A stretch of DNA of 59,140 nucleotides from an uncultured virus (IMG/VR IMGVR_UViG_3300030376_007244) (IMGVR_UViG_3300030376_007244), one strand, 5' to 3'; numbered from the stretch's first letter, positions 45,557 to 56,868 are shown. Notes: generated by a model from the letters alone, not told the origin. Numbers and translations: made by a program.

Positions 45557-48500
45557 GTGCCACATCAAAAATCCAAAAGACAAATTAACATCCCACAAAA
45601 GGTGTTCGACCTAGTCGTAAGACCAGAGTCAAACGATTATATTACATTTAGGGATACTGAATATTACAACCAGTTTGTAGATCTTCCATATGGTTCGCCT
45701 GAATGGCCAGAATATTCCTTTGGTGGTGATCCAAAAGATATAATACAGGTTAACATTTATGGAAATCAAGGTGGACTAATATCAACGGTATATAAAACAG
45801 CTTCTGATATAATGGTAGATGCAGGATTTGAAGAAGTTCCATCTATCAAAATAGAACCAGGATCAATACTAAGAGATTTAGGATTTAGAAAGGGTAGATT
45901 TACACTGGAAATGGATTTTATGAGAGTCCAAGCAGGAGGACCATTCCCAGTATTAGTCAACGGAAAAGACAAGTTATATAGAGGACCATTTGAAGAGTCA
46001 GATGATGGTTACTTTTTTGCATCTATAGATGATCCAGCTTCTGAGACACTAACAGAAGATAGATTGTATGTCAAAGAAAATAAGTACATAATAAAGCAAA
46101 TATCATCTGATAGAACGGAAGCCATTGTTATACCTGCATATATTGATGATGAAAAATATTTAGAAGATTTTAGATTAGCTGCGTACACATGCCTTAACGT
46201 TTTTCCAGATGCTGGAGAATCTTTACAGTTTCCACAAGATTTAAGTTCTAAATACATAACATTGACACTAAATGATGGAAACTCAATATTGTCATCGTAT
46301 ATAAACGGGGCAATACGTGTTAAAGATGCATACTTTTTGGGCAATAGAGAAGTACCAGAAGTAAGAGAAGTGTTTGAAGTAGAACCTTCAGTCGAAGTAG
46401 AACAATTGGTTCCAAACTTGTTAGCAAATAGGGGATTCGAAAGCGGAGCTAACTTTAGACCACTTTCTCCATGGCCTAGCCCGTTTAATTTGGTAAGCTA
46501 TGTTGAGGGAGCCGATATATATCCGTTATTTAGTATACAACCAGATTTAATACCAAGTCCAATCGGTCAAATTGGCATAAATCTTCAGTATAACGATTTA
46601 CTTGCAGGTCCAGATACACCAAACAGAGAATTGGCAAATGAGGCCTACAATGAGAGGTATCAAAAGACTACTGGTGTTTCTGATGGGAGCATGGTATACG
46701 GAGCATCTGGTATTGAAACGTATCCATGGTTATTTAAAGGGGACTTTGTAAGAACTGGATTGGATATAACTGGTCAAACACATACATTTAGTTTTTATAT
46801 GAATGCAGCTGAAGGTACAACCGTTAGATGTTTCATAAAGACAGGTGCTTGGGGATCTGGATGGCAAACAAGCCAAAACTTTCAGTGTACAGGCGAGTGG
46901 CAAAGATTTGTAGTAACATTTACCCCTGACTTTTTTGACAATAGAGGATTACTAATACGAATAAATATAGATCAACGAACCGTGCATGTACCAGGTTTAG
47001 ATGCTATGTTGCCATTATTTGCTGCTAGTGGAGATGTTGTTAATACTATACTTCCACACATAAATGACGTGCCTCTTGAAATGGCAGGAGCTATGTTGCA
47101 AAGAGGATCTTCGGCAACCAAATATCACACTAATGATACAACTTCTAATGACGGAGTCATTGAAACACCAACAAACGGTTTAATTAAGTTTAAGTCAGAT
47201 GAACCAGACGTAATACATGTGGAGGATTTTCCAGAAGGAAGTGGCAAATTTACACCAAAAATGGTTGGTGGTTTAATAACAATTTCCAATGCAATTGCAA
47301 CAAACGATTTTACACAAGTTTTAGAAACACAAGACGTAATTGAAGAAACAATTTCTAGGTGGGATTTTCAACCAACTGGTGAAGCCTCAGGTTCTATGGG
47401 ACTATTTAAGGCATCAGATCCAGATTCTCAATTTCCAGAAATGGGTTGGGACATTAACTTACATTCTAAAGCAATTGAAGTTGAAGATGAAGATGGAATC
47501 AGAATGTTTGATACTGGACTCACAAATACAGATTATATTTCTAGACACACCAATTATGATTACCATAGATTTCATCGTGCTAGAGATGATAAAGGATATT
47601 GGCCCGGAACTGGACATATTGGATACCACGTTCATTGGAGAAAAGATGCTGGTGTAAATGAAGATCCAGCCTTAGTATTTCCAGATTTAAATTATCAAGA
47701 ATGGATTTTAGGTCCAATGACTATAGCTGCTAACGAATCAATTAACAGCACAGATCCAGATAAAAATTATTTTGCAAAACGAGAATTAGGCGAAGATACC
47801 AGATTACAGGAAGGTAGAGGAACCAGTTATTCTAAGTTCCCACATAGACCATTAGAAAACTATATATTTTTAAGAAGAAGTTTGGCTTCTCACAATATAC
47901 AGCAAGGAGATACTGTAAGGCTTAAATTTAAGATGAAGTCGCAACCAGTAGACTTTGATCAAGGAAAAAGAAAGGGTATTAGAGCTCAGTTTTATAGATC
48001 AGTTGGTGATAGACTTATAGAGCCTTCACCGCTTGGTCCAGAACAAATAGCTGGATTGTACGGTAATGTTACGTTGCCTTCGACTATTGACATTTTAAAG
48101 GAAATGACATATCCCATTATAAAGCGTATGTATCAAGCTCCTAACAGTTTTATTGGAGATCTTGGTGGGGTTAATCAGGCTCCATTTGAACCATTTAATA
48201 TTGAGATAGAAAGAGTCAACATCTTTTTAGATGTACTAGACATGTTATATCCTCAAATTGGCAGTTGGTTTGCAGACGATAACAATAAAGTTTGGCCTGA
48301 TTATTTTAACCTTGACCTTTTTAATTTTGTTCCAAGAATACGAGTACGTTATGAACACTTTCCCGAAGATCTTCAAAACTCACTAGGGATAGATAGTAAT
48401 TTTACAGATTTACATTCTAACTTTTTAAATTTAGTAAATGATCCCGGTGATGGTGCCATTATTCAGTTGGGTGACCTTGCAGGTGGATTGATTGGAGAAG

Positions 48501-51500
48501 GTGCATTCCTACATCACAACTTACAACGTAACAGTATACAAGAACTTTACGAAGTTTGGTCACCAACGTTGGATTCGATGGCATATTATCAAGGTGAATT
48601 TGCACAAAAAATGAATGGTCTTACTGGTAGAATACGTGGTAAAGTTGTTGCTGACGCGCCGGCTGGGGGTTTCACATACGATATTCCTAATGGAGTATTA
48701 AGAACATCTGGTACGGATGGCCTTTCACTCGGTGGTGCGAATCTTGAAGGATATTTTTTCTATCATAAGACTAACTCTAGAAGAAACTTTAAGCTCACAG
48801 TTATACCTTCACTTGTCAAATTAGGTACAATAGATAGGGAATCATTTTTTAACAATCCAAACGACGTAGCCCAAACACTAATAGGTCAAAGCAACTCAGT
48901 TGGTCAGAGAACTGGCATAGACTTTTCTACAGAAGCCGGCATTGGAGCGATTGCCGATAACAATGTAGATATAACCGAGCATTTTGGAATACAAACAAAT
49001 AGGTTCTCAAGATTTGATACGGACGATTCATGGAAGTACACATGGAGATATGGAAATGTTAACTCAGTAACACAATTAGACAATAGTCCTTACGACGCAC
49101 TATTAGATTTAGACGGTTTACAGCAGGCGTATACAGAACAGGCTTTCCAAGAGACTGCTACTCAAGTTATTGACATGAACGATTTCGTTAACGATATTAA
49201 TAATATAGACTTTGACAATTTGCATCCCGATGTTGCAGCAAGAATAGGTGCGCCAACAAATCAACCAATTATATCAGACGATAACTTATTTCAATGGAAC
49301 TTTGCAGACCAATCTTGGGATTATATAGGTCCCGAAGATCAGGTTGAGATGGACGGACCATTACTAGTAAAAAGAAAAACCTCACATGTAACCGCAATAG
49401 ATCCTCTTGATTTGTCAACACAGGAACCAGGAGATCCATATTTTACAGAAGAAAGAAGAGATGTAAATGGATACATGTATGGAAAATACTTGTCACAATA
49501 CATTGTTCCAGAGGTATACGATGAGTGGGAAGAATACATAGTAGAGTTTCCAATATCAGATCAAGTTTTAGTTGATTTTCCTGCATTCATAAAAATGAGT
49601 GGACACTTAGGAGATTATGGTACAGTGTATTTAGATGATATTGAAGTTTCAGTTAGAAGATCTTCGGATACACGAATACAGATTTCTCCATATACAATAT
49701 TGGCTCCACTAACTGCACAGATACATGAAGTTATAGATGAAAATACAGTGCGCGTAGATGCTGATTATGATACATTGGCAGAAGATCAGGGAGCGGTACC
49801 TAGCAATTACGCAGTATCTAGGTATTCCGAGTTTGGATCGGGTTTCAATATAGATTATGTTGAAGAACAACAAAGAATTGAACCTATATATGCAAAGTAC
49901 GTTTCTAATATTATTGGTGTAGAACCAGAAAATAATAGAATAATTGTAGAGAAATCTTACCAAGAATATGGACAAGAGATTGGCGCAATGTTCGATCAAG
50001 AGGAATCGATCGATGCTAGTAACGTGATGTTTGATGATTACTTTATTAGACATAGGTTGAAGGACAAAGATAATCTCTACACGTACATGATTAAAGATTC
50101 AGTAACTAAAAATTTAATTATAAACTTTAAACCAGTCAATACTTCAGAATATCCAGGTGGAATAGCATATAAATTTATGGATCCATTGGATTCATCTATA
50201 GAACCGTTAGACCAAGTTTTTATAGCACAAGAGGTAACTCCAGCTTTAACTGAGACCGTAGATCTTATACCATTTGAAGATGAAGAAATTCCAGAAACAG
50301 TATTAAGACAACCAGATTTCGACAATATAGAGCCTCTAGTTTCGAACAGGGATACTCCATATAGAAGCCACACGGATCTGGTTGGAATAGAACCTGGATT
50401 ACGTAAACAGTTAGAAAACAGATTGTTAAGTGGAAGTTTAGAAACCACCAAAATCAATATAGATTATAGGCAGTTTAAAAACTTTTCACACTTTGGTTCT
50501 GTTAAAAAACGAATACAAAATTTTAAAACAAAATTAACATCGATTGAAACATATTCTAATAGAAGTGCTTCTCTCGTAGGAACATACCCAAAAGAAGGAT
50601 ACTTAGAAAATGCTGCGAATACTGAAATAAGTTCATCTGCAGATCAAGTTAAGGTATGGGAGCTTTCTAGAGACGAAGTAATAAATGGATTTGATGATTT
50701 CGAAAACTACATGTACTTTAAAAACGAAGCATATGTAACAAGTTCTTTAGGTGAATTTTTTGATAACAGTGCACCAAAAATATCTGGAGATGGAACGTTA
50801 ATTAGTCCATATGTTTTATATTCAGTTACCAGCTCTCAATTTACAAGTTGGTATAACGGAGCATATGATAGTGCTTCAGTATATGATCAACAAAATAAAA
50901 ATAGATTGGTCAACTTAATACCAGAACATGTAAAATACGATGAGATGAATAGTCAGTTTATAGACTTTATAGACATGATTGGACACCATTATGATACCAT
51001 ATGGACACACGTTAAATCTCTTACAGATGTACATGATAGATCTGAGGATATAACTAAAGGTATTGCTGCTGCTCTCACTGAACCAGTTGCAAAATCTTTT
51101 GGGTTCGAATTAAAAGAAGGCCATGATTTAGTTAGACTTCCACAATACGAATTAGGTCTACAAGAGTCTGGATCTAAAACTGGAGTATTCAGTGTTAGGT
51201 ATACCAAACGATCCCAAAAAGATGTTACTAGAGAAATATGGAATAGATTATTAGCATCGATGCCATATTTGCTAAAAACAAAGGGTACAAAGCAAAGTCT
51301 AAAGGGATTAATAGCATCATACGGTATACCAGGTTCTATATTAAGAATACAAGAATACGGTGGACCTAGAATTGATGGAGCTCCTGATTTTGAAATAAAA
51401 CAAAAATTTACTAAAGCTGTAGATTTTAATGGGTCAAGTCACGTTGAAGTTCCATGGTATAATTCAGACACTTCTACCAGGGCACCAGATACTATTGAGT

Positions 51501-53545
51501 TTAGATTTAAAACTCCTAGTTCAACAGAACAACAAGTAATTGGAAAGTCTGATGCTACTGGAAACGAAGTTGTCGCTGGTGTAAAATTAACACCTACTGG
51601 CTCCAAAGGTAATTTAACATTTTTCCTATCTGGAAGTACATCGCTAAGTATGAGCATTGACAATCAAGACTTTTACAATAATGAATTTTGGTCAGTGATG
51701 GTTAGAAGACGACAAGCTAGTATCACATCTAGTTTTTCTGAACAAACACTAACATCTAATGAAGCTGCAACACAAAGTTTTGACATGTACGCTGGATATT
51801 TTGATAGTGGAATAGATAAAATTATTACACGTGAATCGGCCAGCATGACCGTTTCTAGCAGTTTAAAGGCAAATTGGTATGCTACGTCATCTGCTGGAAC
51901 ATCTCGTAGATGGTTTGTTGGTGGTAACAATGCTTTTGGATATGCAAACAGATTTACTGGATCTATGATGGAGTTTAGATATTGGAATAGTCCTCTAACA
52001 TCATCTGCATTTTTTAATCATGTTGCTGCACCAAAAGCAATAAATGGTAACCATGCTAGCTCATCATATTTTGATTTATCTTTAAGGTTATCATTTGATG
52101 ACAATTTAAATTTAAGTACGGACCCTCTAGAAATAAAGGATTACACATTTACTGATGACCAAATATATGTGACAGCTTCTAACTTTCCAAACAAAGTAAA
52201 CTTTAGTAATGTGTTTGATAGGCAAAAATCATTTGTGCCAAAAATAGGATTTACAAAGGCAAGTAATAAGGTAAGATTAGAAGGATCACAGCTAAAAACT
52301 CCGGACGGAATACCAGCTGTACTAAATAGATCTGAACGTGTTGAGTTGAGCATGTATGATAAGTCAGGATTAGACTCAAACAAGTTGGGCATATACTTTG
52401 CACCCACTGATGTTATAAATGAAGATATTATGTTATCTCTAGCTGATTTGGATTTTAATGAATATTTAGGTGATCCACGAGACAACGATAATGATAGATA
52501 CATTGATGGTGGATTAGATGAAATAAGTGATACATATTGGAAAAAATGGACAACTAGACAGGGTTTTTGGGACTATCTAAAGTTAATAAAATATTATGAC
52601 TTAAGTCTATTTGATCACATACGAAGATTTGCACCAGGAAGGGCAAAGAAAACTATAGGAATATTGATTGAATCACCTATGTTGGAAAGACCAAAGGTTT
52701 CATCACTTATACCAATACCAGAAGCACAACCTAGGGATTTTCTAGGTACAGATGATTTATCTGTAGCAGGTGAATATGGAATTGGTAGTGCTACTAGTTC
52801 TAGAACATTTGCAGATGGAACAGTTTCAGAATTAAAGCTTCCTGTTACAAGTTCATTTGAAAGAAGAAGCGCAAAGCTAGATAGAGTAGTTACTTCTGTA
52901 TCAAGTTCAGATTCTTTATTGAGAACTTCACATATAGTAACATCAGATATTTACGTAACTAGTGGATCTGATGCTCAACAACGTACGGGTCACATACAAA
53001 ATGCTGGATTCAATGCCAGTGGTAGTAATGATTTAATGAGACAGGGAAACTTGGTAGGATTACCTGCAGCAAGCAGTAGTAGAGAAGATTTCGAAACTGG
53101 ACATGTAAGTTCAAGTCAATTAAACATAGTTAACACAATAAGAAACTTCGGTTTAGATTATTTACAAGATGCTAATGATAGAGATTACTCTGATGCCAGA
53201 GTAGAATTAAAACCAGATAACCATTTCTTATCGGGCTTAGAGCCACATTATACATCATCTAAACTATCGATTTTCAATGAAGAAGTAGTTTACTTTTATA
53301 GTTCAAGTGTAAGTGCATCACTTAGAAAGGCTTACTCATCATCTATGCAAAGTAGTGAGTTTGAATCCATATATAATATGCACACTGGTTTAACTAGGTT
53401 GGTTTACGATGGATGTAAAGAAGGTGGCAATACAGTTCCTGATGGTACAAACTTGGTTGTTGAAATAACAGAAACAAATCCGTTTGATGTAACAACTAAC
53501 CAATCCGGAGACCAGTTTGTAGATGTGGAACTTTTGAATGAATAA
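45557..53545 (+). CDS. Giant (2662 aa) baseplate-wedge/tail protein (gp7-like core, CBM-like inserts, LamG-like domain)
   Basis: 'PYLLKTKGTKQSLKGLIASYG' (gp7/gpI-like KGT motif), 'TIEFRFK...FTGSMMEFRYW' (LamG-like), 'NLLANRGFE...WQRFVVTF' (CBM-like). Confidence 0.7.
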   Translation: MPHQKSKRQINIPQKVFDLVVRPESNDYITFRDTEYYNQFVDLPYGSPEWPEYSFGGDPKDIIQVNIYGNQGGLISTVYKTASDIMVDAGFEEVPSIKIEPGSILRDLGFRKGRFTLEMDFMRVQAGGPFPVLVNGKDKLYRGPFEESDDGYFFASIDDPASETLTEDRLYVKENKYIIKQISSDRTEAIVIPAYIDDEKYLEDFRLAAYTCLNVFPDAGESLQFPQDLSSKYITLTLNDGNSILSSYINGAIRVKDAYFLGNREVPEVREVFEVEPSVEVEQLVPNLLANRGFESGANFRPLSPWPSPFNLVSYVEGADIYPLFSIQPDLIPSPIGQIGINLQYNDLLAGPDTPNRELANEAYNERYQKTTGVSDGSMVYGASGIETYPWLFKGDFVRTGLDITGQTHTFSFYMNAAEGTTVRCFIKTGAWGSGWQTSQNFQCTGEWQRFVVTFTPDFFDNRGLLIRINIDQRTVHVPGLDAMLPLFAASGDVVNTILPHINDVPLEMAGAMLQRGSSATKYHTNDTTSNDGVIETPTNGLIKFKSDEPDVIHVEDFPEGSGKFTPKMVGGLITISNAIATNDFTQVLETQDVIEETISRWDFQPTGEASGSMGLFKASDPDSQFPEMGWDINLHSKAIEVEDEDGIRMFDTGLTNTDYISRHTNYDYHRFHRARDDKGYWPGTGHIGYHVHWRKDAGVNEDPALVFPDLNYQEWILGPMTIAANESINSTDPDKNYFAKRELGEDTRLQEGRGTSYSKFPHRPLENYIFLRRSLASHNIQQGDTVRLKFKMKSQPVDFDQGKRKGIRAQFYRSVGDRLIEPSPLGPEQIAGLYGNVTLPSTIDILKEMTYPIIKRMYQAPNSFIGDLGGVNQAPFEPFNIEIERVNIFLDVLDMLYPQIGSWFADDNNKVWPDYFNLDLFNFVPRIRVRYEHFPEDLQNSLGIDSNFTDLHSNFLNLVNDPGDGAIIQLGDLAGGLIGEGAFLHHNLQRNSIQELYEVWSPTLDSMAYYQGEFAQKMNGLTGRIRGKVVADAPAGGFTYDIPNGVLRTSGTDGLSLGGANLEGYFFYHKTNSRRNFKLTVIPSLVKLGTIDRESFFNNPNDVAQTLIGQSNSVGQRTGIDFSTEAGIGAIADNNVDITEHFGIQTNRFSRFDTDDSWKYTWRYGNVNSVTQLDNSPYDALLDLDGLQQAYTEQAFQETATQVIDMNDFVNDINNIDFDNLHPDVAARIGAPTNQPIISDDNLFQWNFADQSWDYIGPEDQVEMDGPLLVKRKTSHVTAIDPLDLSTQEPGDPYFTEERRDVNGYMYGKYLSQYIVPEVYDEWEEYIVEFPISDQVLVDFPAFIKMSGHLGDYGTVYLDDIEVSVRRSSDTRIQISPYTILAPLTAQIHEVIDENTVRVDADYDTLAEDQGAVPSNYAVSRYSEFGSGFNIDYVEEQQRIEPIYAKYVSNIIGVEPENNRIIVEKSYQEYGQEIGAMFDQEESIDASNVMFDDYFIRHRLKDKDNLYTYMIKDSVTKNLIINFKPVNTSEYPGGIAYKFMDPLDSSIEPLDQVFIAQEVTPALTETVDLIPFEDEEIPETVLRQPDFDNIEPLVSNRDTPYRSHTDLVGIEPGLRKQLENRLLSGSLETTKINIDYRQFKNFSHFGSVKKRIQNFKTKLTSIETYSNRSASLVGTYPKEGYLENAANTEISSSADQVKVWELSRDEVINGFDDFENYMYFKNEAYVTSSLGEFFDNSAPKISGDGTLISPYVLYSVTSSQFTSWYNGAYDSASVYDQQNKNRLVNLIPEHVKYDEMNSQFIDFIDMIGHHYDTIWTHVKSLTDVHDRSEDITKGIAAALTEPVAKSFGFELKEGHDLVRLPQYELGLQESGSKTGVFSVRYTKRSQKDVTREIWNRLLASMPYLLKTKGTKQSLKGLIASYGIPGSILRIQEYGGPRIDGAPDFEIKQKFTKAVDFNGSSHVEVPWYNSDTSTRAPDTIEFRFKTPSSTEQQVIGKSDATGNEVVAGVKLTPTGSKGNLTFFLSGSTSLSMSIDNQDFYNNEFWSVMVRRRQASITSSFSEQTLTSNEAATQSFDMYAGYFDSGIDKIITRESASMTVSSSLKANWYATSSAGTSRRWFVGGNNAFGYANRFTGSMMEFRYWNSPLTSSAFFNHVAAPKAINGNHASSSYFDLSLRLSFDDNLNLSTDPLEIKDYTFTDDQIYVTASNFPNKVNFSNVFDRQKSFVPKIGFTKASNKVRLEGSQLKTPDGIPAVLNRSERVELSMYDKSGLDSNKLGIYFAPTDVINEDIMLSLADLDFNEYLGDPRDNDNDRYIDGGLDEISDTYWKKWTTRQGFWDYLKLIKYYDLSLFDHIRRFAPGRAKKTIGILIESPMLERPKVSSLIPIPEAQPRDFLGTDDLSVAGEYGIGSATSSRTFADGTVSELKLPVTSSFERRSAKLDRVVTSVSSSDSLLRTSHIVTSDIYVTSGSDAQQRTGHIQNAGFNASGSNDLMRQGNLVGLPAASSSREDFETGHVSSSQLNIVNTIRNFGLDYLQDANDRDYSDARVELKPDNHFLSGLEPHYTSSKLSIFNEEVVYFYSSSVSASLRKAYSSSMQSSEFESIYNMHTGLTRLVYDGCKEGGNTVPDGTNLVVEITETNPFDVTTNQSGDQFVDVELLNE

Positions 53546-53602
53546 AAGTCAGTTTTCTTATATTTATTAACAAATCGTTATTTTTAATTTGGAGATAAAA
53601 AA

Positions 53603-54274
53603 ATGGGATACCTAAATAATGCAACAACAGTCCTCGACGCCGTTCTAACAAAGAAAGGCAGAGAGCTACTCGCTAGAGGACAAAACGAATTTAACATAAG
53701 CAAATTTGCTTTGGCAGATGACGAAGTAGATTATTCTTTGTGGGATGTAACACATCCATTAGGAACAGATTACTATGGTACTGTGATTGAAGCATTGCCT
53801 CTGTTAGAACCTATCCCTGATCCTAGTACAGTAATGAGATATAAACTGGTAACCCGTGCAGTTGGAACTAATAAGATGTCAACAATACAAAGTGTTGGTA
53901 CCAATTACACTGTAAATTGGAGTTCAAACAATCAGCCAATAGGTTTTCAAACTATTACTCCAAGTAGTACAAACTTACCAAATGACGAAACTGAAAATTA
54001 TACATTTACACTATTAAACTCTGCCTTTGCATACTTAACGTCTCCAAATAATCAAAGTGCAGGTGGTGACGGTGTAGGAATAAATTATGTTGAGTCCACA
54101 CAAAACTTAAGTCAGACTGTTTTTGGTCCTTCATGTACAGTGAGAGCAAAAGCAATATTAGAGTCTTCGTCCCCAGCGGCAACTACTTTATTAATAACTG
54201 GACAAAAATACGGGGCAACATTGGCTACTACAATTAACGTTTCTTTTGTAGATGAGTCTGGTGGAGCTAATTAA
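53603..54274 (+). CDS. Structural protein, family A paralog 1
   Basis: 'LDAVLTKKGRELLA...FALADDEVDYSLW...LPLLE...MRYKL'. Confidence 0.7.
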   Translation: MGYLNNATTVLDAVLTKKGRELLARGQNEFNISKFALADDEVDYSLWDVTHPLGTDYYGTVIEALPLLEPIPDPSTVMRYKLVTRAVGTNKMSTIQSVGTNYTVNWSSNNQPIGFQTITPSSTNLPNDETENYTFTLLNSAFAYLTSPNNQSAGGDGVGINYVESTQNLSQTVFGPSCTVRAKAILESSSPAATTLLITGQKYGATLATTINVSFVDESGGAN

Positions 54275-54301
54275 AAGAAATAATAACAAGGGAAATAGTT
54301 A

Positions 54302-55168
54302 ATGGCGTTTTTAGACAAGAGCACACTGATAGTCGACGCCGTGTTGACGGATAAAGGAAGGCAAAAGCTAGCTAGCAATAGCTTCTCAATTAGTAAGTTT
54401 GCTTTAGCCGATGACGAGATAGATTACGAATTATATGATGAATCTAATACTCAAGGTCCGAACTTCTACGGTGTTGCATTAGAAAACATGCCAATATTAG
54501 AGGCGTTTACTCGGGCTGATTCTGTTATGAGGTATAAACTTCATACTATGGATGTCGGACAAAATCAAACACCACAAATACAGGGAATGCAGTCTGAATA
54601 TGTTTTTAATTCTGATCCCAATCAAGAACAATATATCCTATTAAATCCTTCTACATCTGCAAACTCAGGTCAAGCTGAGGAATACATTTTTGAATTACAG
54701 GATAGTCAATACGTTGACATAGTAGTTGGAGATGCAGCACAGCAAGAAGCAGTATCACTATTCCCAGTAACAATTCAACAAGTAGATCTCGAAAGTATCG
54801 ATCTACCAATTGGACTGACAACCAATATAATGGTTGATGGATTGTCGATAGATAGACCTAGATTTGATAGTGAGTTGCCACAGGCAGATTATGCAGTTAG
54901 TATTATGCAACCTCAATCTGGTAACGCTCAATTTATGGGGATACAAAAATATGGAGCAGTACAGTTGATAACAGCAAATGGTACTGTTGAACAAATTTCA
55001 GCAACTGGACAATTTCCAGTAGATTTTATTTTAAGGGTTAATGGATCAGGTGGAATACGAGCAGTATTTGCTGATGAACCAATTATATCACAACCACCAA
55101 CAGGCTTAGCACCAAGTGGAATAACGTTTGGGCCTGGTGGATCTTTAGAAGTACCGGGAGGTAAGTAA
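54302..55168 (+). CDS. Structural protein, family A paralog 2 (N-terminal part)
   Basis: 'VDAVLTDKGRQKLA...FALADDEIDYELY...MPILE...MRYKL'. Confidence 0.7.
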   Translation: MAFLDKSTLIVDAVLTDKGRQKLASNSFSISKFALADDEIDYELYDESNTQGPNFYGVALENMPILEAFTRADSVMRYKLHTMDVGQNQTPQIQGMQSEYVFNSDPNQEQYILLNPSTSANSGQAEEYIFELQDSQYVDIVVGDAAQQEAVSLFPVTIQQVDLESIDLPIGLTTNIMVDGLSIDRPRFDSELPQADYAVSIMQPQSGNAQFMGIQKYGAVQLITANGTVEQISATGQFPVDFILRVNGSGGIRAVFADEPIISQPPTGLAPSGITFGPGGSLEVPGGK

Positions 55169-55797
55169 TGCCACATAAACCAGGTCATTTCGGCGATGAA
55201 GGAGGAAAAGCTCCGAAGAGTGCACCAGCACCTTCACCAGCACCTGCTCCAGCGCCAGCACCAGCTCCAACAGGAATGCCACCAGGAATGCCGCCAGGAT
55301 TTACGCTTGGACCAGGTGGATCTTTACAACCACCATCGGCACCATCCCCGGCTCCATCCCCAGCGGCTCCCCCAACAACACCACCTTTGCCTCCAGGAAT
55401 GACACTTGGACCAGGTGGATCTTTAGAAGGGGCAACCACTCCAACTGGACCAACATTTACAGGTGAAGATATGGCTTCTGGTAATTTTACACCACAAGTT
55501 ACACCAACACCTCCAACTGACACCTTAGGTAAGGACGATATGTTAGATACAGGTGCCAAAAATTTCGCGACAGCGTTTGATTTAGTAGCTAAAGCAGCAA
55601 CTGTCAAGAATCAATTTACTCAACCTCCACAAGTCCAGCCACCGGGAACAATGGCTCCCAAAACTATAACTGGAACGAGAGTTAGTTTAGTAACAAAACC
55701 AGAGGTTCCAGTGACGGAACAAGTTCAAGTAAAAGTGCTAGCAACTGGCATATCAACAGGTGCGACGCAGGAGATAACAGTAATAATAAATCCATAA
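55168..55797 (+). CDS. Pro-rich protein carrying the family A C-terminal motif
   Basis: (PA)n and PPGxTLGPGGSL repeats; C-terminal 'VLATGISTGATQEITV' resembles 'LLITGQKYGATLATTI' of paralog 1. Confidence 0.65.
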   Translation: MPHKPGHFGDEGGKAPKSAPAPSPAPAPAPAPAPTGMPPGMPPGFTLGPGGSLQPPSAPSPAPSPAAPPTTPPLPPGMTLGPGGSLEGATTPTGPTFTGEDMASGNFTPQVTPTPPTDTLGKDDMLDTGAKNFATAFDLVAKAATVKNQFTQPPQVQPPGTMAPKTITGTRVSLVTKPEVPVTEQVQVKVLATGISTGATQEITVIINP

Positions 55798-55842
55798 AAA
55801 TTACACTAAGATAATATTTATCATTGATTAGGAGTTTAAATC

Positions 55843-56868
55843 ATGGCAAACGGAGTATTTACAGAATTTATAGAAGACGACATAGTTGAAGGTCAACTAA
55901 GTATTGTCTCTTCAGGAATGTGGTCAGGTGGAGTCGGAACCTTGACTGCTTTCTACACGTCTTCTACACAAAGTGGTAGTACAGGCGAACATTACTATGA
56001 TGTTTTCCAGGGAGTTGTTGGCACAGACGCTACAGCATCCGTTCAATTTTCAGTTACATATGGTCACTTCGCTGGATCAGGTTCAAAATCTGGTGATAGC
56101 GATGTTAAAGCTTCTAAAGCCATATACAGACAATTAAGAAACATTTTACTTCCACCAGGAAGCACACAATTTAAAGTCGGTGCAGCAGATGCTACATCGT
56201 CAAATTCTATTTATGCCGTCTCAATGAATAGATCAAGATTGAAAGAAAAAATGGATCCAGGCAACTGGGAACTTCATTTATCAGGATCAGATGGTAATAA
56301 AATCAAATTGATTGATGATAGTGGAGCAACTACAGATCCTACAGTAAAATCTACAATTAGAGAATTTTCTGTAATATCAGGATCAATTGCTACAGGTACA
56401 GCAGTCACTGGATCTTCTACAAAATATTATGGTAAATTCTATCCAGAATCAGGTATGGTAATATTAGATGCCGATGTTCTAGATAGAGGAACAGGTAGTT
56501 TAGCTGCAGATTTTGTAGGTGGATATGCAACTGCTTCTAATGCAGACGGTAACAACTCTAGAGACTTTTTCGAGTCAGTTAAGGGTGGAGCGTATTTTGC
56601 ATCAAGAAGAGAAGAGCAAATCAAATCAACACACTACTTCTGTAGAGTTAGACACGGAAAATATAATCACAGTCAGAATCCAACCTATTTTACTGGTTCA
56701 GATTCTACATTGACAATACCTTCATTTAGAAACGATCCTAAGGCATATATTACTACAGTTGGATTATACAACGAAAGTAACGAATTGTTAGCTGTTGCTA
56801 AATTGTCTAGACCGATACTGAAAAGTACATCTAAAGAGGCGTTAATCAAGGTTAGATTAGATTTCTAA
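55843..56868 (+). CDS. Structural protein, family B paralog 1
   Basis: C-terminal 'YITTVGLYNESNELLAVAKLSRPILK...IKVRLDF'. Confidence 0.7.
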   Translation: MANGVFTEFIEDDIVEGQLSIVSSGMWSGGVGTLTAFYTSSTQSGSTGEHYYDVFQGVVGTDATASVQFSVTYGHFAGSGSKSGDSDVKASKAIYRQLRNILLPPGSTQFKVGAADATSSNSIYAVSMNRSRLKEKMDPGNWELHLSGSDGNKIKLIDDSGATTDPTVKSTIREFSVISGSIATGTAVTGSSTKYYGKFYPESGMVILDADVLDRGTGSLAADFVGGYATASNADGNNSRDFFESVKGGAYFASRREEQIKSTHYFCRVRHGKYNHSQNPTYFTGSDSTLTIPSFRNDPKAYITTVGLYNESNELLAVAKLSRPILKSTSKEALIKVRLDF

